33,076 bases of DNA from Octopus bimaculoides. Its lineage: Eukaryota. The number at the start of each line of letters is the position of its first letter. The stretch's first letter is position 1. Positions 20,276-31,689 of this stretch are shown piece by piece. Location of the stretch: NCBI RefSeq assembly GCF_001194135.2, contig NC_068985.1, positions 71,367,311 through 71,400,386 of the forward strand, read 5' to 3'. Made by a program: the position numbers and the translations under genes. The notes beneath the pieces were generated by a model that had not been told where the DNA came from, searched no databases, and saw only the letters and a list, made by a program, of their open reading frames with translations.

Positions 20276-21574
20276 CCACATTTCCGACAGGTTTGGACAT
20301 CACGAAGCACGTTACTCAATCAATGAAATCAGTTGTAGCTGTGTATCTATACAGAAATGTATGTCCGTTCAATTAAAATACGTTTTATATGTAATGACAC
20401 ATACAAACGGAACTCATGACAATCCCACGTTTTGTATATGTCCTCGTTTCTATTCTGATACATAAATTTATTGATGTTCATAACATTATTTATGTTAAAA
20501 ATATCGATTGTGTCTTCGATATCCTTTCATAGTCAAGGATGTTGAAATCGTAACTCTTGAACTTGCTTCTTTGTGCTAAATATTTCGATTACACGTCGTG
20601 ACAAGTAGATAGATTTTTTACACATAAATGTTTATATTTGCTACAAATGACGTAAGAAAATTAGAACCATTTTCCTAATTCCGCTTTCTATTTCTTCAAC
20701 AACACGCAACAAATATGAAAGGATACCGGAATCACCATAATTTGGCTGACACTGAATTAAACTTATAAATTTGGAGAAACGTTTTTATTGATATGTCTGC
20801 AGAAAGTAGTGTTGTAAATATTTGGAAGACATTTATATTTCCTGAAGTATAAACAGACACGTTAAGAAAGCCATCGTCCAATGTAAGATGTCTATGTTGC
20901 AGTTAATAAAAAATTGATTTGTGAGTGAGTCGTGAAGCTGAAATCTTCAATAATAAAAGTAATATGAAAACTATATTCTAATAAAAAAAAAACAGTATAG
21001 TAAAATTAGAATTTATACGAATTTTTTTGACAGTGTTGACTTTGATAATTGCCCTTTGCTTTAGTAAAAGATACATACTCCAAACTAATTAATACACGAC
21101 TTTCTTTATAGATGGATGTATGTATGTAATTATAAGCAAATACGTGACGAAGTCTTAGGCGAATAGACTTAGGCGAATAGTTAGGTGAATAGCTTCGTAA
21201 TCATGAGGTCCAAGGCTCGGTTTCTCTGTGCGGCATCTTGAACAGATGTATTTGCCAAAGATTCCGATTGATTCTCGCCTTGGGGATGAAATTTAGTAAA
21301 ACAGAAGGTGAACAGAAGATTGTTAGAATGATTATAACTATAACTCAAAGGTCCTGCTAATTCACCCTCGGATGGCTACGGGTGTCTGTGGAAATCTCAG
21401 TCACGTGTGTGGGGAGGTTATTCAGCTGATCACCATCGAAAGAGAGGAAGACTACTGGATTTGTGGAATTTATAGACAGTTTGGCTGTTTATTTCTCTGG
21501 CATTTGGTCAGATAGGGTAGACACCTCAGATGAGAAGCCAATAAGGTTCCAAAACCGATTAACGTTGTTCAGAT

Positions 21575-21722
21575 CTTTTTTCTTCTTCTTCTTCTTCTTC
21601 TTCTTCTTCGTCTTCTTCTTCTTCTTCTTCTTCTTCTTCTTCTTCTTCNNNNNNNNNNCTTCTTCTTCTTCTTCTTCTTCTTCTTCTTCTTCTTCTTCGT
21701 CTTCTTCTTCTTCTTCTTCTTC
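21575..21722 (+). repeat. (CTT)n microsatellite with a 10-N gap
   Basis: Direct reading. Confidence 0.95.
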
Positions 21723-22763
21723 AATCTACGGAGAAATCATTAAATTTGCCATGTTTGAATGTCTCCTATGTAGGTTTGCACACACACACACAGACAGACA
21801 GACACACACACACACAGACAGACACACACACACGCACGTATATATATATATTTAAGAAAATAAGATGACAAAGGAATAAACAATTATCTTTTGAACTTCA
21901 TTAGCTTACAGCTGTTTCTGCTATAGATGCAGTGGACTCAAAGTTGATTGCCTGAGTAACACCTTATAGCTTCTTCAGAGCCTTGAATATGAAGTGAAAT
22001 TTATTTGGGAAAAGAATTACTTTTATGCATATAGGGGGTAGCATTAGCAATGAGAAAGCCAACATCTATGTTGGGGATTAAAAGCAGGGGCTCCCGTGCA
22101 TTGAGTTCTACTATATACATATATAGATAGATAGAGAGAGAGGTGGAGACAGGGACAAAGACAGACAGTGACAGATATATATANNNNNNNNNNNNNNNNN
22201 NNNNNNNNNNNNNNNNNNNNNNNNNNNNNNNNNNNNNNNNNNNNNNNNNNNNNNNNNNNNNNNNNNNNNNNNNNNNNNNNNNNNNNNNNNNNNNNNNNNN
22301 NNNNNNNNNNNNNNNNNNNNNNNNNNNNNNNNNNNNNNNNNNNNNNNNNNNNNNNNNNNNNNNNNNNNNNNNNNNNNNNNNNNNNNNNNNNNNNNNNNNN
22401 NNNNNNNNNNNNNNNNNNNNNNNNNNNNNNNNNNNNNNNNNNNNNNNNNNNNNNNNNNNNNNNNNNNNNNNNNNNNNNNNNNNNNNNNNNNNNNNNNNNN
22501 NNNNNNNNNNNNNNNNNNNNNNNNNNNNNNNNNNNNNNNNNNNNNNNNNNNNNNNNNNNNNNNNNNNNNNNNNNNNNNNNNNNNNNNNNNNNNNNNNNNN
22601 NNNNNNNNNNNNNNNNNNNNNNNNNNNNNNNNNNNNNNNNNNNAGGACGATGGCGATGACGAGGAGGACGATGGCGATGACGGGGAGGACGAGGAGGACG
22701 AGGAGGACATGCATATATATACACACATACATACATACATACATACATACATACATACATACA

Positions 22764-23180
22764 TGGGTCTGTGGCTCGAAGTTTGCTTCTCAGCTACATT
22801 GTTCCGGGTTCCATCCCCCTGCATAGCACCTTCGGCAACTGTCTTCTACAATATCCACAATGGCCCGGCCCGACCAAAGTCTTGTGAGTGAATTTGGTAG
22901 ACGGAAACTGAAAAGATACCCATCGTATATGCATATATCTGTGTGTGGTGGTGGTGGTGGTGGTGAGAGGGGGGTCTTTGTGCTTGTGTTTGTCCCTCAA
23001 CACTACGTGACAACTGATGTTGGTTTGTTTATGTCCCTGTAACCTAGCGGTTCGACCTAAGAGTCCGATTGAATAAGTACCAAACTTTAAAAAAAAGAAT
23101 TACTGGGATCGATTCGGTCAACTAAAATTCGCGAAAGCGGTGCTCCAGTCTAATGAATGAAACAAGTAAAAGATTAAAGA
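22764..23180 (+). mobile_element. family-A SINE, diverged
   Basis: GCACCTTCGGCAACTGTCTTCTAC...CGACCAAAGTCTTGTGAGTGAATTTGGTAGACGGAAACTG...GAAACAAGTAAAAG. Confidence 0.85.
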
Positions 23181-23188
23181 TAATACAT

Positions 23189-23222
<34 letters not shown>

Positions 23223-24288
23223 GTATATGTATATATATATACACGTACATACATACATACATACATACATACATGCAAGCGTATATACATATGTAGATAT
23301 ATACACACACACACGTATGTATGTATGTGTATAAAGCATCTCTTATATTAGATAAGGACTTGTAAACAAATTTCAGTTTGTGTATATTTAAAAATGTGTA
23401 ATTATATGTTTATGTGCGTATGCTTGTATGTAATTAAATACATACATATATATATATATGTATATACATATATGTGTGTGTGTGTGTGTGTGTGTGTATG
23501 TATAAATATATATTTGTATATATATATATATGTATGTATATATGTATATNNNNNNNNNNNNNNNNNNNNNNNNNNNNNNNNNNNNNNNNNNNNNNNNNNN
23601 NNNNNNNNNNNNNNNNNNNNNNNNNNNNNNNNNNNNNNNNNNNNNNNNNNNNNNNNNNNNNNNNNNNNNNNNNNNNNNNNNNNNNNNNNNNNNNNNNNNN
23701 NNNNNNNNNNNNNNNNNNNNNNNNNNNNNNNNNNNNNNNNNNNNNNNNNNNNNNNNNNNNNNNNNNNNNNNNNNNNNNNNNNNNNNNNNNNNNNNNNNNN
23801 NNNNNNNNNNNNNNNNNNNNNNNNNNNNNNNNNNNNNNNNNNNNNNNNNNNNNNNNNNNNNNNNNNNNNNNNNNNNNNNNNNNNNNNNNNNNNNNNNNNN
23901 NNNNNNNNNNNNNNNNNNNNNNNNNNNNNNNNNNNNNNNNNNNNNNNNNNNNNNNNNNNNNNNNNNNNNNNNNNNNNNNNNNNNNNNNNNNNNNNNNNNN
24001 NNNNNNNNNNNNNNNNNNNNNNNNNNNNNNNNNNNNNNNNNNNNNNNNNNNNNNNNNNNNNNNNNNNNNNNNNNNNNNNNNNNNNNNNNNNNNNNNNNNN
24101 NNNNNNNNNNNNNNNNNNNNNNNNNNNNNNNNNNNNNNNNNNNNNNNNNNNNNNNNNNNNNNNNNNNNNNNNNNNNNNNNNNNNNNNNNNNNNNNNNNNN
24201 NNNNNNNNNNNNNNNNNNNNNNNNNNNNNNNNNNNNNNNNNNNNNNNNNNNNNNNNNNNNNNNNNNNNNNNNNNNNNNNNNNNNNNNN

Positions 24289-24339
<51 letters not shown>

Positions 24340-24693
24340 CATATATCATTTACCTTATTATATATGCAATCACATAAACACACACACAAGCGTATGTTTG
24401 TGTAGTCATTCATATGTTGAATTGGGTAGAATGTGTATGAAACTGATACAGCAAGAAGGTGTTGAAGCTGTGTGTGACGGCGGAGGGAGGGCGAACCATC
24501 ACGTGAATGAACGAGTGCGTCAATAAGAATGGTTCAACAAGGAAACGAAATGTGTAAACGCCGATCTATCGATCGCTCGATCGACTCAACGAGCGATCGA
24601 TCACAGCAATGTTATGGTACAATGAGCGGCAGATCGAAGCTCTATCGAACTGTTTAATAAAAACCCCTTCACACCCCTCCTCATCATCATTAT

Positions 24694-24721
24694 CAGCAGC
24701 AGCAGCACCAACAGCAGCAGT

Positions 24722-24752
<31 letters not shown>

Positions 24753-24783
24753 CCAACAGCACCAACAGCACCAACAGCAGCAT
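24694..24783 (+). repeat. (CAG)n/(CAGCACCAA)n trinucleotide-derived repeat
   Basis: Direct reading. An in-frame TAA at 24721 breaks the polyQ frame. Confidence 0.85.
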
Positions 24784-25317
24784 TGTGGCGCACTGTGAAC
24801 ATTTAAGGAAAGTTACTGATGCATAAGGAAGTTAAAGTGATGAAGCTTTGAACATTGAGAATTGTTAAGCCTATTTACTGCACATGGTATTNNNNNNNNN
24901 NNNNNNNNNNNNNNNNNNNNNNNNNNNNNNNNNNNNNNNNNNNNNNNNNNNNNNNNNNNNNNNNNNNNNNNNNNNNNNNNNNNNNNNNNNNNNNNNNNNN
25001 NNNNNNNNNNNNNNNNNNNNNNNNNNNNNNNNNNNNNNNNNNNNNNNNNNNNNNNNNNNNNNNNNNNNNNNTATATATATATATATATATCTGTATGTAT
25101 GTATGTATGTATGTATGTATGTGTGTGTGTGTGTGTGAGAGAGAGCTGATTCAGAGTAACACTCTAGCGGATAGATAGATAGATAGATAGATACATGCAT
25201 GCACGCATGCATACATACATACATACATACATACACACATACATACATAAGGGGGTACTAGTGGAGGGAAGATTGGTAGATGTATTGGCAAATTCTGTGT
25301 GTGCGTGTGTGTGTGTA

Positions 25318-25355
<38 letters not shown>

Positions 25356-25469
25356 ATGTGGACACTACGATGATAGGGGCGAGACATATCTCAAACAATG
25401 GTTAAAATGCATAGAATCTCGAACCGTGTCGCCGACTTTGTTTACTGGGTGTTTATTGCCCACTTCAGG

Positions 25470-25475
<6 letters not shown>

Positions 25476-25555
<80 letters not shown>
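25476..25555 (+). repeat. (CT)n microsatellite
   Basis: Direct reading. Confidence 0.95.
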
Positions 25556-25558
<3 letters not shown>

Positions 25559-25700
25559 CATCTATTTTTCTCTCCCCTTCTCTCTCTCGCACTCTCTCAC
25601 ATACTTCAAACACTCACTTCTGCGTGAGCATATCTATATATGAGCGTAAACGTGTGCTCGTGTTTGCGTGCCTGTGAGAATGAGCGTCATTGATTTAGAA

Positions 25701-25829
25701 GAGACATGGGCAACCTTCTTCGTGATTCAGGCTATATGAGACCAGACTCATCATCATGTAAAGCATGCTACTAAAAAAAAAGTGAAGATACTTTTTCTTT
25801 CGACGTGCCATTCAGGTTGCCCCATGATT
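25701..25829 (+). mobile_element. 129-bp hAT-type MITE
   Basis: TIR core CATGGGCAACCT / AGGTTGCCCATG. 8-bp TSD ATTTAGAA (25693-25700) / GTTTAGAA (25830-25837). Confidence 0.8.
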
Positions 25830-25884
25830 GGTTTAGAAGTTTGATTCACACTCATTAATTCATTAATATTATCAAAACGACTAA

Positions 25885-26330
25885 GGCGGTGAGCTGGCAG
25901 AAACGTTAGCACGCCGGGCGAAATGCTTAGCGGTATTTCGTCTGTCTTTACTTTCTGGGTTCAAATTCCGCCGAGGTCGACCTTGCCTTTCATCCTCTCA
26001 GGATCGATAAATTAAATACCAGTTGCATACTGTGGTCGATCTAATCGACTGGCCCCTCCCTAAAAAATTCGGGCATTGTGCCTAGAGTAGAGAAGAATAT
26101 TATCAAGATGAGCAAGACGGCGATCTGGCAGAATCGTTGGCACGCCGGGCGACATGCTTAGTGGCATTTCATCCGTCTTTGCATGCTGAGTTTAAATTCC
26201 GCCGTGGTCGACTTTGCCTTTCATCCTTTAGGCGGTCGATAAAATAGTACCAATTGATCTCTGAAGTCAGTCTAATCGATTTATACCTCCCACGAAATTG
26301 CTGGCCTTGTGCCAGAATTTGAGATCAATT
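25885..26330 (+). mobile_element. two tandem family-B SINEs (25885-26098, 26115-26330)
   Basis: Both begin GGCG(G)TGAGCTGGCAGAA / CGATCTGGCAGAATCG and carry the full CTTTCATCCT...GTCGATAAA body. Confidence 0.9.
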
Positions 26331-26469
26331 TTATAAAGATAGACTCTGATGGAGTCTAAACCTGATGGACTCTAAACCTCGAGAATAGAGGAGAGGGAAA
26401 CTGAATGGAGATCCATCGAGTGGACTCTATCTGTCATCACAACGATTCTGCCTGTAAGTTACGTTAACG

Positions 26470-26755
26470 CAGAACTGCTTAATCTTTTTGACTTCGTGGT
26501 GCACTAGAGATCAAATATAGAAAAAAACTGACGAAGCTCGCATGGAAAGTTAACACAGCATATTTTAAAATCAAACATTTAGGAGGTAAAAAAAAAACAC
26601 AGAAAACCTATTGATCGCCTTGTTTTATTAATCAGACTTGTGTATAACAAAATATGAATAACACGTTTTTCAAGAAGATCAATCATCAGTATAGATTTTC
26701 TAAAGCCTTAAATCATATTTTTAAAATTCCGCGGTGCACCGTTTGAAAACTACTT
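26470..26755 (+). mobile_element. old hAT-type MITE
   Basis: Ends CAGAACTGCTTAATC...GTGGTGCACT / GCGGTGCACCGTTTGAAAACTACTT. Flanks CGTTAACG / CGTTAAGA match 6/8. TIRs are degenerate. Confidence 0.45.
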
Positions 26756-26837
26756 CGTTAAGAGTACAAATGCTGCGTAATGTAAATGATAATTATGTTG
26801 TGAGGTCGTGTGTAGCTGTATAAGGTGTGGCTCTTTA

Positions 26838-27080
26838 ATCTTTTATCTTTTACGTGTTTCATTCATTTGACTGCGGCCACGCTGGAGCACCGCCTTGAAG
26901 AATTTCTAGTCGAATCAATCGACCCCAGCCCCCTTCTTTTTTTTTTCGTTTTAAAACTTAGTACTTATTCTATCGATCTCTTTTTACTGAACCGCTAAGG
27001 TTACGGGGGCCATAAACACACTAACACTGGTTGTCAAATGGTAGCGGGGGGTAAAAAAAAACAACCACAAACATACACAC
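26838..27080 (-). mobile_element. family-A SINE, 3' half
   Basis: TTTCATTCATTTGACTGCGGCCACGCTGGAGCACCGCC...AACCGCTAAG...GGTTGTCAA. Confidence 0.8.
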
Positions 27081-27125
27081 ATCCATCCATCCATCCATCC
27101 ATCCATCCATCCATACATACATACA

Positions 27126-27155
<30 letters not shown>

Positions 27156-27156
<1 letters not shown>

Positions 27157-27462
27157 GGTAAGAAGCTTGCTTCCCAACCACATGGTTATGGGTTCAGTCC
27201 TAGTGCGTAGCACCCAGGGCAATTGACTTCTTCAATAGCCTCGGGCCGACCAAAGCCTTGAGAGTGGGTTTTGTTGATGGAAACTAAAAGAAGCCCGTGT
27301 GTGTGGTTTGGTGTGTTTACAGTCCCATAACTTAGCGGTTCGGCAAAAGGATATCATGCTTTAGAAAACATAAGTACTGGACTCGATTTGTTCGACTAAA
27401 ATTCTACAAGATGGCGCTCCAAAATGGCCGGGATCTGACTGAAACAAATAAAAGATAAAAGA
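27156..27462 (+). mobile_element. family-A SINE, internally deleted
   Basis: TGGTAAGAAGCTTGCTTCCCAACCACATGG...CCTCGGGCCGACCAAAGCCTTG...GAAACAAATAAAAGATAAAAG. Confidence 0.85.
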
Positions 27463-27842
27463 CGTCTCCAGCAATTAATAGACGCAGTTCACGCATTAAT
27501 ACTATGTATAGCTGTGTGTCACACCTGCCGCTTTCATTGTCTATATTGTTTAATACCTGGTAAATTCTGAGCAGTTAGACGTTATTAAAGGCATTCAGTT
27601 TCTCTGAATAAATTCACTCGATCTTCGTTATCATCTTATAAGCAGCACGGTTTGATTTGAGAGAAATATAGGTGCTATTTCTAACAAGTCAAGTGACCGT
27701 GTAAAGAAGTTTTCATTGGCTCGTGTTGTGTGTTTGATGGGGATTACATAAATAAATCACTGGTTAATAAAAATCATTCACATACGCTCGAATAACTATG
27801 AGAAAACATAAGTGTAGATAAGAGAATTGCTAGGTAGTATAA

Positions 27843-28265
27843 AGAACGAACGAATCAGATTTAAACAACAAACGAATGAAAATATAAACAAGAAACTAAT
27901 CAAATATAGAGAAGGAATCAAATATAGAGAAATAAAATTATAGAAAACGTTTCTATAAAGAACAAACGAATTAGATATAAGAACGAAATTAAATATAGAG
28001 AATGAAAGAAAAAAATATCAAATACATAATTAAATGATGAATTAAATGCTAGAAAAAAATAACGAATCGATATGAAAGACCGAACCAAATATATAACGAA
28101 ACGACGAATGAAATATATAAAGGAAAGAATGAATGAAATGTGTAAGAGCGAATCAATATCATGGAACAACGAATCAAATATACAATGAGCGAATCAAAGA
28201 AAGAATGAGTGAAATATAAAAAAAAAAGAAAAAATGCCGTGTCAGTACCATGAAAGAACGAATCA
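27843..28265 (+). repeat. degenerate minisatellite, unit close to AACGAATCAAATATAGAG (about 18-20 bp)
   Basis: Recurrent (A)CGAAT(C/G)AAATAT variants across about 420 bp. Confidence 0.6.
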
Positions 28266-28479
28266 TTGCTAAAGATTGGTTTCTTTTTTATTTATATATT
28301 TATTTTGATTTACTAGTTTCAGCTCGAGAGCTGCGGCCATGCTGGGGCAATTTATTTTTCTCTTAATTTTAATTTTATCTTACGTTTAGGTTCACATGTG
28401 ACACAGGACCTCCAGTCAATGTGTTGGGGGTAGTTAAGCGCAGTTTTGACTCGTAAGTTGTTGGACGGATAGTGTAGCG

Positions 28480-28700
28480 CAGAGGTTCTCAATGTAAGCG
28501 GTACCGACCCCAACGGAGTCATGTCGAAGGGAGCGTTAGGCTTTTGTAGGGGCGGTGAAATAACATTAACATACTAAATTTTACCTATAGTAGTAATTAT
28601 ATTATACATGATAAAAACTACTAATGATTAGTAAAATAAAATGAGATCCCATCAGGCACAAGGAAATCATTAACTTGGAATGTATAATGTAACTTTACGA
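28480..28700 (+). mobile_element. orphan hAT-type left end
   Basis: CAGAGGTTCTCAA at 28480 followed by GTACCGACCCC...GGGGCGGTG. No right end carrying its flank GTGTAGCG was found. Confidence 0.45.
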
Positions 28701-28755
28701 CTCTTGTCTTTATGCAATCCATTTTAGAGTAAAATTTATAAATTATCATCCATAT

Positions 28756-29087
28756 CAGTGGCTCTTAACCGTGGTCTATATGGCCCCTGAGGGTCCATCT
28801 AAGATTTTGGGGGTTCACGCAACAAAATAGCAAATTGGGATCCACAATAATATTTTAAGGGCCCCTGAAAGCATTTTGTTTTAGATGTATAAATAGGTAT
28901 GTATTGCAAGAAACAACTAAGTTTCTTTAAATCTTACATAATCCAACCTGCACAACTTAATGTGTGAAAAGCAAATAAAGGAATTTCGAAAGTTTCTATA
29001 AAACTAGTTTTTAAACATCGAATGGCTATGGGGTACACCAGAATAAAATAATAATCAAATAGATAAAAAAATGGTTGAGAACCTCTG
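28756..29087 (+). mobile_element. 332-bp hAT MITE with a perfect TSD
   Basis: TIRs CAGTGGCTCTTAACC / GGTTGAGAACCTCTG. TSD ATCCATAT at 28748-28755 and 29088-29095. Confidence 0.9.
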
Positions 29088-29635
29088 ATCCATATCAAGT
29101 TGGTTTAGTCATGCTACNNNNNNNNNNNNNNNNNNNNNNNNNNNNNNNNNNNNNNNNNNNNNNNNNNNNNNNNNNNNNNNNNNNNNNNNNNNNNNNNNNN
29201 NNNNNNNNNAATCGGGTAAACGGCGTGAGGAATAATATTTGGGCGTGAGTGAACGGTGGGAGTAATGATGTTTAAGCTTCCAAGGGAAATAATCCATTCC
29301 CTCCTGGAAATAACCACCAAGGGAGGTAACCCATTCATTTTCAGTATGCTTATTTCTTAGTATTTGAACTATTTTAGTTATTTTCTCAATTTATCCAATA
29401 CAACGATAAACAAGTAAATAGTATTCTCCTAAACAATAGATCCACTCATTTCGGTTAGTGACTTATTCACGAATATACCAACACTAGCGCTGCAGAGGGT
29501 AATATTCTCTGGGAACGCACAAAACCGTTTTAAGGGCTACATACTTTGTATTGTTGTTACTGGATTAGCGAAACAATTATGAGAACGGAACCAAGGGATA
29601 AGCCCGCTTTCCTGGGAATTACCGGGTATGTCAGC

Positions 29636-29680
<45 letters not shown>

Positions 29681-29682
<2 letters not shown>

Positions 29683-29980
29683 TTCAGGCCAACGAAACCT
29701 TGTAAGTGGATTTCGTACTCGGAAACTGAATGAACACTGTCGTATATATGTGTATATTTGTGTATGTGTGTGCGTGTGTCTTGTGTTTGTACCCCACCAT
29801 TGCTTGACTACTGATGTTGCTGTGTTTACATTCCCGTAACTTAGCGGTTTGGTAAAAGACACTGACAGAATGATTACTAGGCTTACAAAGAATAAATCCT
29901 GTGGTTGATTTCTTCGACCAACGGCGGTGCTCCAGCATGGCCGCAGTCACATGAATGAAACAAGTAAAACAATAAAAATC
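29681..29980 (+). mobile_element. family-A SINE, 5'-truncated
   Basis: CCTTGTAAGTGGATTTCGTACTCGGAAACTG...GGCGGTGCTCCAGCATGGCCGCAGTC...GAAACAAGTAAAAC. Confidence 0.85.
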
Positions 29981-29989
29981 TATGTCATT

Positions 29990-30023
29990 TTAATCCCGAG
30001 CAAAGCCGGGTATTTCTGCTAGT
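29990..30023 (+). mobile_element. Helitron-type 3' terminus remnant
   Basis: GC hairpin CCCG-AGCAAAGC-CGGG (29995-30010), then 8 nt later CTAG|T (30019-30023). Confidence 0.6.
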
Positions 30024-30264
30024 AACTACTTAAAAGGATGGAGCTTCTTAAAAAGGGGCATTAGGCATAACTAATACTTATAAAATGGGCGCTAAGCATA
30101 ACAAGTACTTAAAAATAACACTACAATATAAAAAAAAGTTAACCATTACTGTAATGTATGCAATGGAGTAGCTAGAATGTGTGGGGACAGCCCTCGAGTC
30201 CGTCCCCCATTCCAGGCTCGCAAGTCTATACAGGCTAAAACAGCAAACCCACAAGTGCCACTCC

Positions 30265-30324
30265 TATAAAAGCTTCGCCCGAAGTGACCCCACTACCAGC
30301 TGCGCTACCGATCTTCTGGTGAGT
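30265..30324 (+). promoter_or_regulatory. candidate TATA box, initiator, short exon and splice donor
   Basis: TATAAAA at 30265-30271, CCACT about 27 nt downstream, CTG|GTGAGT donor at 30319, in non-repeat sequence. Confidence 0.4.
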
Positions 30325-30705
30325 ATAGCAGTAATTGCAAATACAAATAACACACACACACATACGCACACACACACACACACACGCACACACACACACA
30401 CACACGCACACACACACACACACACACACGCACACACACACACACACACACATAAATGCGCGCTCACGTGCACCATGTAAAGGGACAAACAAAGTCAAAG
30501 GAAAATAGTGGGTAGTCCACGTTGGCAATAATGGTATTATAGAATGAATAAGGTAAGGGGACTTTATTATGCCTAAAACTATTGGTTGTACATTTTTCAC
30601 TCTGTCTCTTTTTCTCCGATGAGTGGCACAGCCCTGAAATGCTTCCTTTGTCTCCTTCCCTACATCTCTACACATCATGAACTCATCAAACCTGCTGAAC
30701 ACACA

Positions 30706-30757
<52 letters not shown>

Positions 30758-30764
30758 TATACTT

Positions 30765-30985
30765 TGAGTTCAAATTTTGGCACACGGCCAGCAATTTCGG
30801 GAGAGGGGGTGGGGGCTTATCGATTACATCGACCTCAGCATTCAACTGGTATTTACTTTTACCTATCTCCGAAAAGTTAAAAGGCAGAGTCGACCTCGGC
30901 GGAATTTGAACTCAGAATATGAAGACGGACGAAATGCGGATAGCTCTTTGCTCGGTGCGATAACGATTCAACCAGCTCGCCGCTT
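30765..30985 (-). mobile_element. family-B SINE
   Basis: Complete body: TCAAATTTTGGCACACGGCCAGC...GTCGACCTCGGCGGAATTTGAACTCAG...AACCAGCTCGCCGC. Confidence 0.85.
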
Positions 30986-31196
30986 TTAGTACGCACAAAT
31001 GTTAAGCATAAATACGTAAACATACATGCATACATACATATATATACTCACACACGCATACATAGCGGAAACCGCCTATTATTGTTATCAAACGATTATT
31101 GTTATTAAAATTAATAGGACTGAAGCTTATTATGTGTGTATGAGTAATGATATTTAATATGATATAGTCAGACATTCATATACACACATGTGCGAA

Positions 31197-31227
<31 letters not shown>

Positions 31228-31585
31228 ATGAGTGTGTGTGTGTGTGTATGTGCGTGTGTGTGTGTGTGTGTATGCTTGTGTGTGTGTGCGTTTGACGGGG
31301 ATGTATGTGTGAGCGTGAGGCTGTGCGTAGATTGAAAGGTTAATTTCATGCCATGCTAGTTTGGCCAGTTGTTTAACTCTTATATTAAGTTTGATTGAAA
31401 AGATTTTTTCAGAATCAAACCTACCATGACCATCACGTCTAAATTTTGTTTATTTATTTATTGACAAAATGTCTCTAGATCTAAATAACCCAATATAGAC
31501 TTGTATTTTTTGAAGATGGCAGGGTATGATCTCAGGGAGACTTGGCTGCTGTGGAGATTGTTTTTAAAGAATAGATTTGCGATGT

Positions 31586-31649
<64 letters not shown>

Positions 31650-31689
31650 CCTACCACCGCTTGAAAATCGGTTTCAGTTTATTTACGCC

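Noticed and set aside
21155-21192. TTAGGCGAATAG x3, CRISPR- or telomere-like at first sight
   Set aside because: There are no spacers and the unit is not TTAGGG. It is a short slippage repeat at the front of a decayed SINE-like head.
22644-22710. GAC/GAG/GAT-rich 21-bp duplication able to encode an acidic tract
   Set aside because: It is bounded by a gap and a (CATA)n run, with no splice signals. It is a simple triplet-derived repeat.
629-25677. Dozens of ORFs rich in YI, HT, CV, MYVC, LSIY, poly-K, poly-N or X
   Set aside because: They are translations of microsatellites and N gaps, with no domain content or splice context.
30480-30700. Minus-strand frame FDEFMMCRDVGKETKEAFQGCAT...VLGIIK, vaguely RT motif 6/7-like
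   Set aside because: Spacing and key residues (KC, YKYLG) do not match well enough to call.
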